A stretch of 64,000 nucleotides of DNA from an uncultured Prevotellaceae bacterium (GTDB lineage: Bacteria > Bacteroidota > Bacteroidia > Bacteroidales > Bacteroidaceae), in the NCBI GenBank assembly GCA_902767045.1, contig CACXFT010000104.1, forward strand, positions 7,481 to 71,480, given 5' to 3'. The notes under the pieces are model-generated. The model saw only the letters and a list, made by a program, of their open reading frames with translations. It searched no databases and was not told the origin of the DNA. How positions within the stretch are numbered: position 1 is the stretch's first letter; each line of letters opens with the position of its first letter. A program made the position numbers and the translations under genes. Below are positions 1-9,946 of the stretch, one piece after another.

Positions 1-374
1 TGTCGAGCTTCCGCGTGACCGTGATTGGTGAAGTGGGCCGTGCCAATGTGCTGCCTGTAACAACCGAGAAGATGAGCGTTATTGAAGCACTTGCAGCCTG
101 CGGCGACCTCTCCATCTATGGTAAGCGAAAGAATATTCTTTTGATTCGTGAAGACCCCACCGGACAGAAAACGGCTCACCGAATAGACCTCACTGATGCC
201 AATATTTTCAATTCACCTTATTACTATGTCCAGCAAAACGACATCATCTATGTGGAACCCAACACCGTTAAGGCAAAGAACTCCAGCATTGGTCAGTCCA
301 CAACAATATGGTTCTCGTTCATCGGTATCGTAACTTCGGTTGCCTCCCTGCTGGTTAACATCTTAAGAGACTAA
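1..374 (+). CDS. Polysaccharide export/biosynthesis protein (Wza-like, SLBB domain), 5'-truncated by window edge
   Basis: VTVIGEV...EALAACGDLSIYGKRKNILLIRE...YYYVQQNDIIYVEPN plus C-terminal TM helix, typical of Bacteroidetes Wza-like proteins. Confidence 0.85.
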   Translation, partial: SSFRVTVIGEVGRANVLPVTTEKMSVIEALAACGDLSIYGKRKNILLIREDPTGQKTAHRIDLTDANIFNSPYYYVQQNDIIYVEPNTVKAKNSSIGQSTTIWFSFIGIVTSVASLLVNILRD

Positions 375-403
375 AAAAAGCAACAAACATAAAAGAACTT
401 ATG

Positions 404-460
404 ACAGAAATGAAGAATGAATAATGTGCACCTGCCCATTGTCGTTCTTCATTTTTGTTT
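404..460 (+). terminator. Probable intrinsic terminator hairpin
   Basis: acagaaatgaagaatga (404-420) pairs with tcgttcttcatttttgt (442-458), followed by T-rich run. Confidence 0.5.
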
Positions 461-514
461 TATAGGATAACACAAACTTTAACACGACTAACAATTTAAA
501 ACAGGTATTACGTT

Positions 515-2359
515 ATGTGTGGAATTGTAGGATACACCGGAAAAAGAGAAGCCTATCCCATTCTTATTAAGGGCTTAAAGAGATTGGAATACAGAGGATA
601 CGACAGTGCCGGCGTGGCACTTCTCAATGATAACAGCACCCTGAGCGTTTACAAAACCAAAGGCAAGGTGGCTAACCTCGAAGAGTATTGCGCCGACAAA
701 GACAAGTCGGGTTGTGTGGGTATTGCCCACACGCGGTGGGCCACCCACGGCGAACCTTCGTCGGTGAATGCACACCCTCATTACTCCGAATCGAAAAACC
801 TTGCCATCATTCATAATGGCATCATCGAGAACTATGCCTCCCTGAAAGCAAACCTGCAGGAAAGGGGTGTTGAGTTCCGGTCTGAAACCGACACCGAAGT
901 ATTGGTGCAGCTGGTTGAATATATCATGGTGAAAAAGTCGCTCGACTTGCTCACTGCCGTGCAGGTGGCTCTTCACCAGGTGATTGGCGCCTACGCCATA
1001 GCCATTGTTGACAAGCGCATTCCCCATCAGATTATTGCAGCACGCAAGCAGAGCCCGCTGGTGGTGGGCATTGGCGATGGCGAGTTTTTCCTGGGTTCCG
1101 ACGCAACACCCATCGTAGAGTATACCGACAAAGTGGTGTATCTTGAAGACGGAAACATTGCCGTGATGTGCCCCGGCGAAGAGCTGAAGGTTGTGAACAT
1201 CTACAACGACGAGCAGAGCCTTGTGGTGAAAACTGTTGACATGAACCTCGGACAGATAGAAAAAGGTGGATTTCCCCATTTCATGCTCAAGGAAATTTTC
1301 GAACAGCCCGAGTGTATCACCACCTGCATGCGCGGGCGCATCAACACCGAGGCAACCCATGTGACCCTCTCGGCCGTTATCGATTATAAAGAACAGCTGC
1401 TCGGTGCCAAGCGAATCATCATAGTAGCGTGCGGCACATCGTGGCATGCCGGACTCATAGGTAAGCAAATGATAGAAACACTCTGCCGCATTCCCGTGGA
1501 GGTGGAATATGCATCGGAGTTCCGCTACCGCAATCCAGTGGTAGGGAAAGACGATGTGGTGATTGCCATCTCGCAGAGTGGCGAAACGGCCGATACGCTG
1601 GCTGCCGTAGAGCTTGCCAAAGCCAACGGCGCTTTCATCTATGGCATCTGCAACGCCATTGGCTCCAGCATTCCCCGCGCCACCAACACCGGCAGCTACA
1701 TTCATGTGGGTCCCGAAATTGGTGTGGCTTCTACCAAAGCCTTCACCGGACAGGTGACGGTGCTCGCCATGCTGGCCCTTGCACTGGCCAAGGAGAAGGG
1801 AACACTCACCAACGACGACTATCTTTCCATTGTGGGCGAACTGAGCTCCATTCCCGCCAAGATGCAAGAGGTGCTCAAGCTCAACGACCGCATCGCCGAC
1901 CTGAGCCGCACCTTCACCTATGCCCGCAACTTCCTTTATCTGGGGCGCGGCTTCAGCTATCCCGTGGCTTTGGAAGGAGCACTCAAACTCAAGGAAATCA
2001 GTTATATACATGCCGAGGGCTATCCTGCAGCCGAAATGAAGCACGGCCCCATCGCACTCATCGACAGCGACATGCCGGTGGTGGTTATTGCCACCCACAA
2101 CGCCATGTATGAGAAGGTGCTGAGCAACATCCAGGAAATTAAAGCCCGCAAAGGCAAGGTGATTGCACTGGTGAGCAAAGGCGACACCACCATCAGTGCC
2201 ATTGCCGACGAGGTGATAGAACTGCCCGATGTATTGGAATGTCTCGAACCGCTCATCGCCACCATCCCCCTGCAAATGCTTGCCTACCACATTGCCGTGT
2301 GCAAGGGCAAGAACGTAGACCAGCCCCGAAACCTGGCCAAGTCTGTAACCGTAGAATAA
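515..2359 (+). CDS. glmS: Glutamine--fructose-6-phosphate aminotransferase
   Basis: MCGIVG N-terminus, LEYRGYDSAG, HTRWATHG, C-terminal PRNLAKSVTVE. Confidence 0.98.
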   Translation: MCGIVGYTGKREAYPILIKGLKRLEYRGYDSAGVALLNDNSTLSVYKTKGKVANLEEYCADKDKSGCVGIAHTRWATHGEPSSVNAHPHYSESKNLAIIHNGIIENYASLKANLQERGVEFRSETDTEVLVQLVEYIMVKKSLDLLTAVQVALHQVIGAYAIAIVDKRIPHQIIAARKQSPLVVGIGDGEFFLGSDATPIVEYTDKVVYLEDGNIAVMCPGEELKVVNIYNDEQSLVVKTVDMNLGQIEKGGFPHFMLKEIFEQPECITTCMRGRINTEATHVTLSAVIDYKEQLLGAKRIIIVACGTSWHAGLIGKQMIETLCRIPVEVEYASEFRYRNPVVGKDDVVIAISQSGETADTLAAVELAKANGAFIYGICNAIGSSIPRATNTGSYIHVGPEIGVASTKAFTGQVTVLAMLALALAKEKGTLTNDDYLSIVGELSSIPAKMQEVLKLNDRIADLSRTFTYARNFLYLGRGFSYPVALEGALKLKEISYIHAEGYPAAEMKHGPIALIDSDMPVVVIATHNAMYEKVLSNIQEIKARKGKVIALVSKGDTTISAIADEVIELPDVLECLEPLIATIPLQMLAYHIAVCKGKNVDQPRNLAKSVTVE

Positions 2360-2385
2360 GTTAACTTTTTAACACGATATAAAGC

Positions 2386-4284
2386 ATGGAGCCCCTGAAA
2401 CATGAATGCGGCGTGGCAATGATCAGACTGCTCAAACCGCTCGATTATTATCAACAGAAATACGGCACCTGGATGTATGGGCTGAACAAGCTCTATCTGA
2501 TGATGGAGAAACAGCACAACCGCGGACAAGAAGGCGCCGGCATGGCTTGCGTGAAGCTTGGTACCAAGCCCGGCCACGAATATATGTTCCGCGAACGGGC
2601 CGAAGGCAAAGATGCCATCACCGAAATCTTTGGCACAGTGCAAAAGCAATACAGCAATCTTTCGGCCCAGGAACTCTCTGATGCAGCCTTTGCCAAAGAA
2701 CACCTGCCCTTTGCAGGCGAACTCTATATGGGCCACCTGCGCTATTCCACAACGGGAAAGAGCGGTCTCTCATACGTGCACCCCTTCTTGCGCCGCAACA
2801 ACTGGCAGGCCAAGAACCTTTGCATGTGCGGAAACTTCAACATGACAAACATCGATGAGATCTTTGACAAGCTCACCCTGCAGGGCCAGTGCCCCCGCAT
2901 CTATAGCGACAGTTATATCATGCTGGAACTGATGGGGCACCGGCTTGACCGCGAGGTGGAGCGAAACTTTGCCGAAGCACAGCGACTGGGCCTTCAGAAC
3001 ACCGACATAACCCGCTACATCGAAGAGCATGTGCTCATGAGCAATGTTTTGAAAACCACCATGCCCGGTTTCGATGGCGGATATGTGGTGTGTGGTATGA
3101 CCGGCAGCGGCGAAATGTTCTCCATGCGCGACCCTTGGGGCATCCGGCCGGCTTTCTATTACATGAACGACGAGATTGTGGCATTGGCAAGCGAGCGCCC
3201 CGTGCTGCAAACCACTTTCTCAATCGAGTGCGGCGACATCAAGGAACTGCAACCGGGAACGGCACTCTTGGTGAAGCGCAACGGAGCGTGTTCCATCGAA
3301 CCCATCATGCAACCCTCACCGCAACCCAAGAAATGTTCCTTCGAACGCATCTATTTCAGTCGTGGCAACGATCGCGACATCTATAAAGAGCGCAAGCAAC
3401 TGGGCGAACAGCTCACACAACCCGTGCTAAAAGCCGTAGATTACGATACCGAACACACCGTGTTCTCTTATGTGCCCAACACCGCCGAAGTGGCTTTCTA
3501 TGGTTTGCTCGATGGTTTCAAGCGCTATGTGAACGAACAGAAAATTAACCGCATCGAAGCCCTTGGCCGCATGCCCACCCGGGCCGAACTTGAAACCATT
3601 CTCGGCGAATATGTTCGCTCAGAGAAGGTGGCATGGAAAGACATCAAGCTTCGCACCTTCATCACAGAGGGCAACTCACGCAACGACCTTGCCTCACACG
3701 TCTACGATATCACCTACGAGAGCCTGCAACCATACGTAGACAATATCGTGGTCATTGATGATTCCATTGTTCGCGGCACCACGCTCAAAGAAAGCATCCT
3801 GCGCATTCTCGACCGCCTACACCCCAAGAAGATTGTAATCGTGTCGAGTGCCCCCCAGATTCGCTATCCCGACTATTACGGCATCGACATGGCCCGGCTC
3901 GAAGAGTTCTGCGTGTTCAGGGCTACCATCGAATTGCTGAAAGAACGCAACATGCACCAGCTCATTCTCGACACCTATTATAATTGTAAAGACGAGCTAC
4001 AGAAACCCAAGAAAGAAATGCGCAACTGTGTGAAAGACATCTACAAGCCTTTCAGCGTTGAAGCCATCAATGTGAAGATTGTTGAAATGCTGCGCCCCGA
4101 GGGTATTGAAGCACCCGTGGAGCTGGTGTTCCAGTCGATAGAAGGGCTCCACAACGCTTGTCCCAACCATTCAGGCGACTGGTATTTCACCGGCGACTAT
4201 CCCACCCCCGGAGGCAACAAGCTCTGCAACCAAGCCTTTGTTAACTATGTAGAGAAATATTATCAGTTTGAACAGAAATTCTAA
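2386..4284 (+). CDS. purF: Amidophosphoribosyltransferase (Bacteroidetes type)
   Basis: Short propeptide then ECG, QHNRGQEGAG, GHLRYST, PRPP motif VVIDDSIVRGTT. Confidence 0.93.
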   Translation: MEPLKHECGVAMIRLLKPLDYYQQKYGTWMYGLNKLYLMMEKQHNRGQEGAGMACVKLGTKPGHEYMFRERAEGKDAITEIFGTVQKQYSNLSAQELSDAAFAKEHLPFAGELYMGHLRYSTTGKSGLSYVHPFLRRNNWQAKNLCMCGNFNMTNIDEIFDKLTLQGQCPRIYSDSYIMLELMGHRLDREVERNFAEAQRLGLQNTDITRYIEEHVLMSNVLKTTMPGFDGGYVVCGMTGSGEMFSMRDPWGIRPAFYYMNDEIVALASERPVLQTTFSIECGDIKELQPGTALLVKRNGACSIEPIMQPSPQPKKCSFERIYFSRGNDRDIYKERKQLGEQLTQPVLKAVDYDTEHTVFSYVPNTAEVAFYGLLDGFKRYVNEQKINRIEALGRMPTRAELETILGEYVRSEKVAWKDIKLRTFITEGNSRNDLASHVYDITYESLQPYVDNIVVIDDSIVRGTTLKESILRILDRLHPKKIVIVSSAPQIRYPDYYGIDMARLEEFCVFRATIELLKERNMHQLILDTYYNCKDELQKPKKEMRNCVKDIYKPFSVEAINVKIVEMLRPEGIEAPVELVFQSIEGLHNACPNHSGDWYFTGDYPTPGGNKLCNQAFVNYVEKYYQFEQKF

Positions 4285-4302
4285 TTCCAATATATTACCT
4301 TC

Positions 4303-5385
4303 ATGATGAAGAAAGTAACCCTTCTACTCAGCGACGGTTCCAAGTTTCACGGACAGTCTTTCGGCTACTCCCAGCCAGTGGCCGGCGAGGTGGTTTTCAA
4401 CACGGCAATGATGGGCTATCCCGAAAGTCTTACCGACCCCTCCTATGCCGGACAGCTCATGGTGCTCACCTATCCCCTTGTGGGCAACTATGGTGTGCCA
4501 CCCTTCACCTACGACCAAAAGGAACACATACCCCTTTTCATGGAAAGCGACAAGATTTATGCATCGGCAATCATCGTGGCCGACTATTCCGAATCCTATT
4601 CCCACTGGAACGCCAAGGAAAGCCTTGCCCAGTGGCTGCAGCGCGAACAGGTGCCCGGCATTACAGGCATCGACACACGAGCCCTCACTAAACTCCTGCG
4701 CGAGCATGGCGTGATGATGGGAAAGATTCTCTTCGACGACCAACCTGACAACATTCCCGAAGCTGCCTACGAGGGAGTGAACTTTGTTGACCAGGTTTCA
4801 TGCAAAGAGATTATCCGCTACAACCAGGGTGCCGGTAAAAAAGTGGTGCTGGTCGATTGCGGCGTGAAGGCCAACATCATTCGTTGCTTGATTAATCGCG
4901 GCGTGGAGGTGATTCGGGTGCCTTGGAATTACGATTACACCGCGATGGATTTCGACGGACTCTTCCTGGGCAACGGACCCGGCGACCCCGACATGTGTGA
5001 AGATGCCGTTGCCATCATTCGCAAGCAGATGTCTATGAGCCGCAAACCCATCTGCGGCATCTGCATGGGCAACCAGCTCTTGGCCAAGGCCGCAGGTGCA
5101 CGCATCTATAAACTCAAATACGGTCATCGCTCACACAACCAGCCCGTGCGCGAGGTGGGCACCAACCGCTGCTACATCACCAGTCAGAACCACGGCTATG
5201 CCGTTGATGCCAGCTGTCTGGGCAAAGACTGGCGCGAGCTGTTTGTGAACATGAACGACAACTCCAACGAGGGCATCGCCCACACCGTGAATCCCTGGTT
5301 CACCTCACAGTTCCATCCCGAAGCCTGCTCGGGACCGGTCGACACCGAGTTTATGTTCGACCGTTTCATTGCCAAACTCTCATAA
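4303..5385 (+). CDS. carA: Carbamoyl-phosphate synthase small subunit
   Basis: GEVVFNT..GYPE.LTDPSY, NGPGDP, GICMGNQ, QNHGYAV, QFHPE. Confidence 0.98.
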   Translation: MMKKVTLLLSDGSKFHGQSFGYSQPVAGEVVFNTAMMGYPESLTDPSYAGQLMVLTYPLVGNYGVPPFTYDQKEHIPLFMESDKIYASAIIVADYSESYSHWNAKESLAQWLQREQVPGITGIDTRALTKLLREHGVMMGKILFDDQPDNIPEAAYEGVNFVDQVSCKEIIRYNQGAGKKVVLVDCGVKANIIRCLINRGVEVIRVPWNYDYTAMDFDGLFLGNGPGDPDMCEDAVAIIRKQMSMSRKPICGICMGNQLLAKAAGARIYKLKYGHRSHNQPVREVGTNRCYITSQNHGYAVDASCLGKDWRELFVNMNDNSNEGIAHTVNPWFTSQFHPEACSGPVDTEFMFDRFIAKLS

Positions 5386-5415
5386 CACATTCCCCCCACA
5401 TTTCTCACAAACAAT

Positions 5416-8400
5416 ATGAAAGATACTGATATCAAGAAAGTTTTGCTGCTCGGTTCGGGCGCACTGAAGATAGGTGAAGCCGGCGAGTTCGACTATAGTG
5501 GTTCACAAGCGCTGAAAGCGCTGCGCGAAGAAGGGGTTGAAACCATTCTCATCAATCCCAACATCGCAACTGTGCAAACCTCTGAGAAGGTAGCCGACCA
5601 AATCTATTTCCTGCCCGTTCAGCCCTATTTCGTTGAGCGCATTATAGAAAAGGAACGGCCCGATGGCATTCTGCTCGCCTTTGGCGGACAAACAGCACTC
5701 AACTGTGGGGTTGAACTCTACAAAAGCGGTGTGCTGGAAAAATACGGTGTGCGCGTGTTGGGAACGCCCGTGCAGGCCATCATCGACACTGAAGACCGCG
5801 AACTGTTTGTCAAGAAGCTTGATGAGATTCAGGTGAAGACCATCAAGAGCGAGGCTTGCGAAAACGTTGAGCAGGCACACCATGCAGCGGCCGCGCTGGG
5901 CTATCCCGTTATCCTACGTGCCGCTTACGCCCTGGGTGGGTTGGGCTCCGGCTTCTGCGACAACGAAGAAGAACTCAACCGCCTGGCAGAAAAAGCCTTC
6001 TCCTTCTCGCCACAGGTGTTGGTAGAAAAATCGTTGAAAGGATGGAAAGAGATTGAATATGAAGTGGTGCGCGACCGCTACGACAACTGCATCACCGTTT
6101 GCAACATGGAGAACTTCGACCCCCTGGGCATCCACACCGGCGAATCCATCGTGATTGCTCCCTCGCAAACCCTCACCAATGCCGAATATCACAAACTGCG
6201 TGCATTGGCCATCAAAATCATCCGTCACATCGGCATCGTTGGCGAATGCAATGTGCAGTATGCTTTCGACCCGCAGAGCGAAGACTACCGCGTGATCGAG
6301 GTGAACGCCCGCTTGAGCCGCTCCTCGGCCCTGGCAAGCAAGGCCACCGGCTATCCGCTCGCCTTTGTGGCTGCCAAACTGGGCATGGGCTATGGACTGT
6401 TCGAACTGAAAAACTCCGTTACCAAAACCACCAGTGCCTTCTTCGAACCTGCTCTCGACTATGTGGTGTGCAAAATTCCACGCTGGGACCTCTCCAAGTT
6501 CCGCGGGGTCGACAAAGAGCTCGGCTCATCCATGAAATCGGTGGGCGAGGTGATGGCCATTGGCCGAACCTTTGAAGAAGCCATTCAGAAAGGCTTGCGC
6601 ATGATAGGGCAGGGCATGCATGGCTTTGTCGAAAACAAAGAACTGGAGATTGACAACATCGACTGTGCCCTGCGCGAACCCACCGACAAGCGCATCTTTG
6701 TCATCTCTAAGGCTATGCACAAGGGCTACACCGTAGACCAGATACACCAGCTCACCAAAATCGACCGCTGGTTCCTCGAAAAGCTGAAGCACATCATCGA
6801 CATCGACGAAGCACTGAAAGCGCTCAAGAGCGTGAACAACCTCGATGCCCGCCAGCTGCGCACAGCCAAAGTGTATGGCTTCACCGATTTCCAGATTGCA
6901 CGCGCCGTTGGCCTCGAACAAGAGGTGGGCAACATGCACAAGGCCATGCTCATTGTGCGCAAGCTGCGCAAACAGCTCGGCATTGTTCCCGTGGTGAAGC
7001 AGATTGATACCTTAGCTGCCGAATATCCGGCACAAACCAACTACCTCTATGTCACCTACAACAACGGACTCACCACGGGTGCTGCCCAAACAAACGATGT
7101 AGACTTCGATCAGCATCCCATGGCAAGCGGCAAGGCCGGAGCTTCGGTTATCGTGCTCGGGTCGGGGGCCTATCGCATAGGCTCGTCGGTAGAGTTCGAC
7201 TGGTGCGGTGTGCAGGCTCTGAACACCATTCGCAAGCAGGGCTACCGCTCGGTGATGATCAACTACAATCCCGAAACCGTTTCCACCGACTACGATATGT
7301 GTGACCGTCTCTATTTCGACGAACTCACCTTCGAACGTGTGATGGACATCATCGAGTTTGAAAATCCCTACGGAGTGATTGTTTCCACCGGCGGGCAGAT
7401 TCCCAACAACCTGGCCATGAGGCTCGACGAACAGCATGTGCCCATTCTTGGTACCAAGGCTTCCGACATCGATAATGCCGAAGACCGCGCCAAGTTCTCA
7501 TCGATGCTCACCCGCAACGGCATCAACCAGCCCGAGTGGAGTGCGCTCACTTCCATGGACGACATCCGCCGCTTCATCGACCGCGTGGGCTTCCCCGTTT
7601 TGGTTCGCCCCAGCTATGTGCTCAGTGGTGCTGCCATGAACGTGTGCTCGAATATGGACGAGCTGGAACGCTTCCTGCAACTGGCAGCCAACGTGTCGGA
7701 AGACCACCCCGTGGTGGTGAGCCGATTCATAGAAAATGCCAAGGAGATAGAGATGGATGCCGTGGCACGCGACGGCGAGATTCTGGCCTATGCCATCTCA
7801 GAGCATATCGAGTTTGCCGGTGTGCATTCCGGCGATGCCACCATCCAGTTCCCGCCGCAGAAGCTCTATGTTGAAACCGTGCGCCGCATCAAGCGCGTGA
7901 GCCGACAGATTGCCAAGGCACTGCACATCAACGGCCCCTTCAACATTCAGTATATGGCACGCGACAACGACATCCTCGTCATCGAGTGCAACCTGCGTGC
8001 TTCGCGCTCGTTCCCCTTCGTTTCAAAGGTGCTCAAACTCAACCTCATCGACCTTGCCACACGCGTGATGCTCGGTTTGCCTGTAGAAAAACCCTCGAAG
8101 AACCTCTTCGACCTCGATTATGTGGGCATCAAGGCCAGCCAGTTCTCTTTCAACCGCTTGCAAAAGGCCGACCCCGTGCTCGGTGTGGACATGGCCTCCA
8201 CCGGCGAGGTGGGCTGCTTGGGCGACGACACCAATCAGGCGCTGCTCATGGCCATGCTCAGCGTGGGGCACCGCATTCCCCGCAAGAGCATCCTGCTCTC
8301 CACCGGTGGTGCCAAGCAGAAAGCAGAAATGCTCGACTCGGCCCGCCTGCTGGTGGAACACGGTTACGAACTCTATGCCACCGGCGGCACATCGGCCTAT

Positions 8401-8685
8401 CTCACCGACAATGGCATTCCCAACACCCGTGTCTACTGGCCTTCCGACGAGGAACAGCATCCGCAGGCTCTCACTCTGCTACACGAGCACAAAATAGACA
8501 TGGTGGTGAATATTCCCAAAGACCTCACGCCGCGTGAGCTCACCAATGGTTATAAGATTCGTCGTGCAGCCATCGACCTGAATGTGCCCCTCATCACCAA
8601 CAGCCGGCTGGCAAGTGCTTTCATACAAGCCTTCTGCACCCTGAAACTGGAGGACATAGACATCAAGAGTTGGGCGGAATATTAA
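5416..8685 (+). CDS. carB: Carbamoyl-phosphate synthase large subunit
   Basis: LGSGALKIGEAGEFDYSG, IEVNARLSRSSALASKATGYP, duplicated ATP-grasp, C-terminal MGS domain. Confidence 0.98.
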   Translation: MKDTDIKKVLLLGSGALKIGEAGEFDYSGSQALKALREEGVETILINPNIATVQTSEKVADQIYFLPVQPYFVERIIEKERPDGILLAFGGQTALNCGVELYKSGVLEKYGVRVLGTPVQAIIDTEDRELFVKKLDEIQVKTIKSEACENVEQAHHAAAALGYPVILRAAYALGGLGSGFCDNEEELNRLAEKAFSFSPQVLVEKSLKGWKEIEYEVVRDRYDNCITVCNMENFDPLGIHTGESIVIAPSQTLTNAEYHKLRALAIKIIRHIGIVGECNVQYAFDPQSEDYRVIEVNARLSRSSALASKATGYPLAFVAAKLGMGYGLFELKNSVTKTTSAFFEPALDYVVCKIPRWDLSKFRGVDKELGSSMKSVGEVMAIGRTFEEAIQKGLRMIGQGMHGFVENKELEIDNIDCALREPTDKRIFVISKAMHKGYTVDQIHQLTKIDRWFLEKLKHIIDIDEALKALKSVNNLDARQLRTAKVYGFTDFQIARAVGLEQEVGNMHKAMLIVRKLRKQLGIVPVVKQIDTLAAEYPAQTNYLYVTYNNGLTTGAAQTNDVDFDQHPMASGKAGASVIVLGSGAYRIGSSVEFDWCGVQALNTIRKQGYRSVMINYNPETVSTDYDMCDRLYFDELTFERVMDIIEFENPYGVIVSTGGQIPNNLAMRLDEQHVPILGTKASDIDNAEDRAKFSSMLTRNGINQPEWSALTSMDDIRRFIDRVGFPVLVRPSYVLSGAAMNVCSNMDELERFLQLAANVSEDHPVVVSRFIENAKEIEMDAVARDGEILAYAISEHIEFAGVHSGDATIQFPPQKLYVETVRRIKRVSRQIAKALHINGPFNIQYMARDNDILVIECNLRASRSFPFVSKVLKLNLIDLATRVMLGLPVEKPSKNLFDLDYVGIKASQFSFNRLQKADPVLGVDMASTGEVGCLGDDTNQALLMAMLSVGHRIPRKSILLSTGGAKQKAEMLDSARLLVEHGYELYATGGTSAYLTDNGIPNTRVYWPSDEEQHPQALTLLHEHKIDMVVNIPKDLTPRELTNGYKIRRAAIDLNVPLITNSRLASAFIQAFCTLKLEDIDIKSWAEY

Positions 8686-8701
8686 AAAAGGCGAGAAAAA
8701 A

Positions 8702-8733
8702 TTTGGCGGTTACAAAAAAAACACTTACCTTTG
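8702..8733 (+). promoter_or_regulatory. Bacteroidetes primary-sigma promoter of tRNA-Cys
   Basis: TTTG (8702-8705), 20-nt spacer, TACCTTTG (8726-8733). Confidence 0.8.
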
Positions 8734-8752
8734 CAACCGCTTAATGCAAAAG

Positions 8753-8823
8753 GGTACCTTGGCCGATCGGTTAGGTAACGGTCTGCAAAACCGTGTAGAG
8801 CAGTTCGACTCTGCTAGGTACCT
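8753..8823 (+). tRNA. tRNA-Cys (GCA)
   Basis: Acceptor stem GGTACCT/AGGTACC, anticodon arm ACGGT-CTGCAAA-ACCGT, T-loop TTCGACT, discriminator U; CCA not encoded. Confidence 0.95.
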
Positions 8824-8840
8824 CTTTCAACCAACAAAAG

Positions 8841-8878
8841 AATCCCTGCAAGGAATTGTTTCTTGTAGGGATTTTTTT
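8841..8878 (+). terminator. Intrinsic terminator after tRNA-Cys
   Basis: aatccctgcaag / cttgtagggatt stem followed by T run. Confidence 0.8.
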
Positions 8879-8944
8879 ATCCATAATTGCATATAACAAA
8901 AAATTTATTTATCTTTGCAACCAAACATCAAAAAATCATTTGTT

Positions 8945-9196
8945 ATGTGTACTGTAACTTTATCTTATAATAAAAATGACAAGGTGGCATGCGAAAAGCT
9001 CGATGCACTGCTAAATACGGGTCTCTTCATGCAACTCGACAGTCACGATGGTATTGATATAGACTATACGAACTCATCCCTCTATGAGATAGACCCTTCG
9101 CTCCCAGCAATTAATCGCGACTTGTCTCCTCAAGAATTGGAAGAACTTATTTTAGAAGACATACATTCTATTTATGAAGGTAAATATGCCGTATAG
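8945..9196 (+). CDS. Small acidic protein, putative antitoxin
   Basis: 83-aa acidic ORF; ATG 8945 follows a TATCTTTG box (8910-8917); stop overlaps the start of the next ORF. Confidence 0.55.
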   Translation: MCTVTLSYNKNDKVACEKLDALLNTGLFMQLDSHDGIDIDYTNSSLYEIDPSLPAINRDLSPQELEELILEDIHSIYEGKYAV

Positions 9197-9479
9197 TTAT
9201 GTTGTCAAGCCACTAGCTTCTCAAAAGATTTGGTCTTTCTATCGAAACGTGGCAAGGAAATACGCCCATACTTTCGATGAAGACGATTTGATTAGAAACG
9301 TAAAGGGCGCTGTTCGCCCAATGCTTCTCATTGAGTCGAGACTATTAAGGCGCACACCTATTATTAGTCGCTGGACAGGTAAGTATATGGCCCATTCGGG
9401 TTCTTGGTATTATGCCTATACCATTGAAGGCAACAAGATTATCATTCACGATGCCTGTCACCAGCAAAACATGCATTAG
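9186..9479 (+). CDS. Putative RelE/ParE-superfamily toxin-like protein
   Basis: 97-aa basic ORF; C-terminal WYYAYTIEGNKIIIHDACH resembles the RelE/ParE (Y.I....V.I..I.H) pattern; coupled to upstream acidic ORF. Confidence 0.55.
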   Translation: MPYSYVVKPLASQKIWSFYRNVARKYAHTFDEDDLIRNVKGAVRPMLLIESRLLRRTPIISRWTGKYMAHSGSWYYAYTIEGNKIIIHDACHQQNMH

Positions 9480-9518
9480 TGACTTTCATTTGTAAGTCCT
9501 CGAACTTCAAAACCATAT

Positions 9519-9623
9519 CTTTTGGGTTCGTACATGTGCCGTTCAACATTGCTACATAGCACATGTAGCATTGCTACATGCCCCGTGTAGCATTGCTACA
9601 TGCGACATGTACGAACCCAAAAG
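9519..9623. repeat. 105-bp palindromic REP/MITE-like element, copy 1
   Basis: Perfect 19-bp terminal inverted repeat cttttgggttcgtacatgt / acatgtacgaacccaaaag around three cattgctacat units at 9547, 9569, 9591. Confidence 0.9.
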
Positions 9624-9665
9624 GTGGCTGTTTGTGATGATAAATGGCAAATTATGGAATAAAAA

Positions 9666-9697
9666 TTTGGAGCTTTGGATTTTTTGTTTTACTTTTG
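9666..9697 (+). promoter_or_regulatory. Promoter of the large secreted-protein operon
   Basis: TTTG (9666-9669), 20-nt spacer, TACTTTTG (9690-9697), about 330 nt upstream of ATG 10026. Confidence 0.6.
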
Positions 9698-9869
9698 TTG
9701 CGTTGTTCGTTAAGGGCAATTAACATTGAGGAAAGCTAAAGGCTTTGTTCCGTATGGGAATCTGGAAAATTCAATTGTATGGGAGCAAGTTTGAAAGCTG
9801 TTCTTCCTGTTGTGTATATATACGCGTACCTTATTACATATAAGGGACAGATTACATATATACCTGCAG

Positions 9870-9946
9870 GTGTGAGCTGTTTTTTCATTCTTACATACAC
9901 AGGTATTCCAGAACCTCCATACTAGGAATGGCATGGTGGCTCACAC
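9870..9946 (+). promoter_or_regulatory. Extended multi-stem hairpin in the 5' leader (candidate cis-regulatory RNA)
   Basis: Nested stems gtgtgagctg/tggctcacac, cattctta/taggaatg, aggt/acct closing loop attccaga. Confidence 0.5.

Noticed and set aside
575-2290. Long antisense ORFs (571 aa here; also 23552-25192, 27276-28238, 51170-52474 and others)
   Set aside because: Shadows of well-recognised genes caused by biased codon use; no motifs of their own
2386-2412. PurF not starting with Cys
   Set aside because: A short propeptide before the catalytic Cys is known for this enzyme family
9710-9934. 74-aa minus-strand ORF in the leader (also 59299-59496 over the repeat)
   Set aside because: No recognisable features; overlaps a structured leader or repeat sequence
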